DNA from: the human T2T-CHM13v2.0 reference genome, Homo sapiens
Assembly (NCBI RefSeq): GCF_009914755.1
Contig: NC_060938.1
Length of the DNA: 64,000 bases
Direction: 5' to 3' (one strand)
Below, piece after piece: positions 63,787 to 64,000 of this stretch. Below the pieces are notes generated by a model, which saw only the letters and a program-made list of their open reading frames with translations, searched no databases and was not told the DNA's origin. Positions within the stretch are counted from its first letter, which is position 1. Each line of letters begins with the position of its first letter. The position numbers and the translations under genes are program-made.

Positions 63787-64000
63787 AGTATTGTTCAGAA
63801 TCCAGTAAGAAAACATACTGCCAATGTTTTTTCCTTAATCATCTTACATTTCCCACCAACTACCAGCACACATATAAGGAAGGCATCAGCAGAGGGCGGG
63901 ACAGCCCAGTGCTGACACAAAAAGGACAGTAGAACTAGCAACTCACTGAGCAACAGCACCAGGGAAGGTTGGAACAGGGCAGAAAGCTAGCCCAGAAAGG

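Overview
Human genomic DNA, recognisable as chr14q32.13. The right part (about 36.4-63.4 kb, minus strand) holds the 3' two-thirds of DICER1: 16 coding exons (exons 12-27 in the usual NM_177438 numbering, recalled from memory) with canonical GT-AG boundaries. They join in frame into 3,862 nt, running from DUF283 through Platform, PAZ, RNase IIIa and RNase IIIb to the dsRBD and stop codon, followed by a 3' UTR of about 4.3 kb. The eight RNase III catalytic residues read as wild type. The left 36 kb is intergenic DNA downstream of DICER1, made of Alu, MIR, L1, L2, LTR and DNA-transposon relics, simple repeats and one enhancer-like homeobox-motif island. Nearly all short ORFs in the track are repeat or antisense artefacts. 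I found no new protein-coding system. The best leads are regulatory: a near-fully complementary let-7 site in the Dicer CDS, a (UG)20 tract beside the exon 22 donor, an intronic CTCF motif, the enhancer-like island and a 147-bp dispersed duplication. Repeat subfamily names are by recall of consensus sequences and need RepeatMasker/Dfam confirmation.
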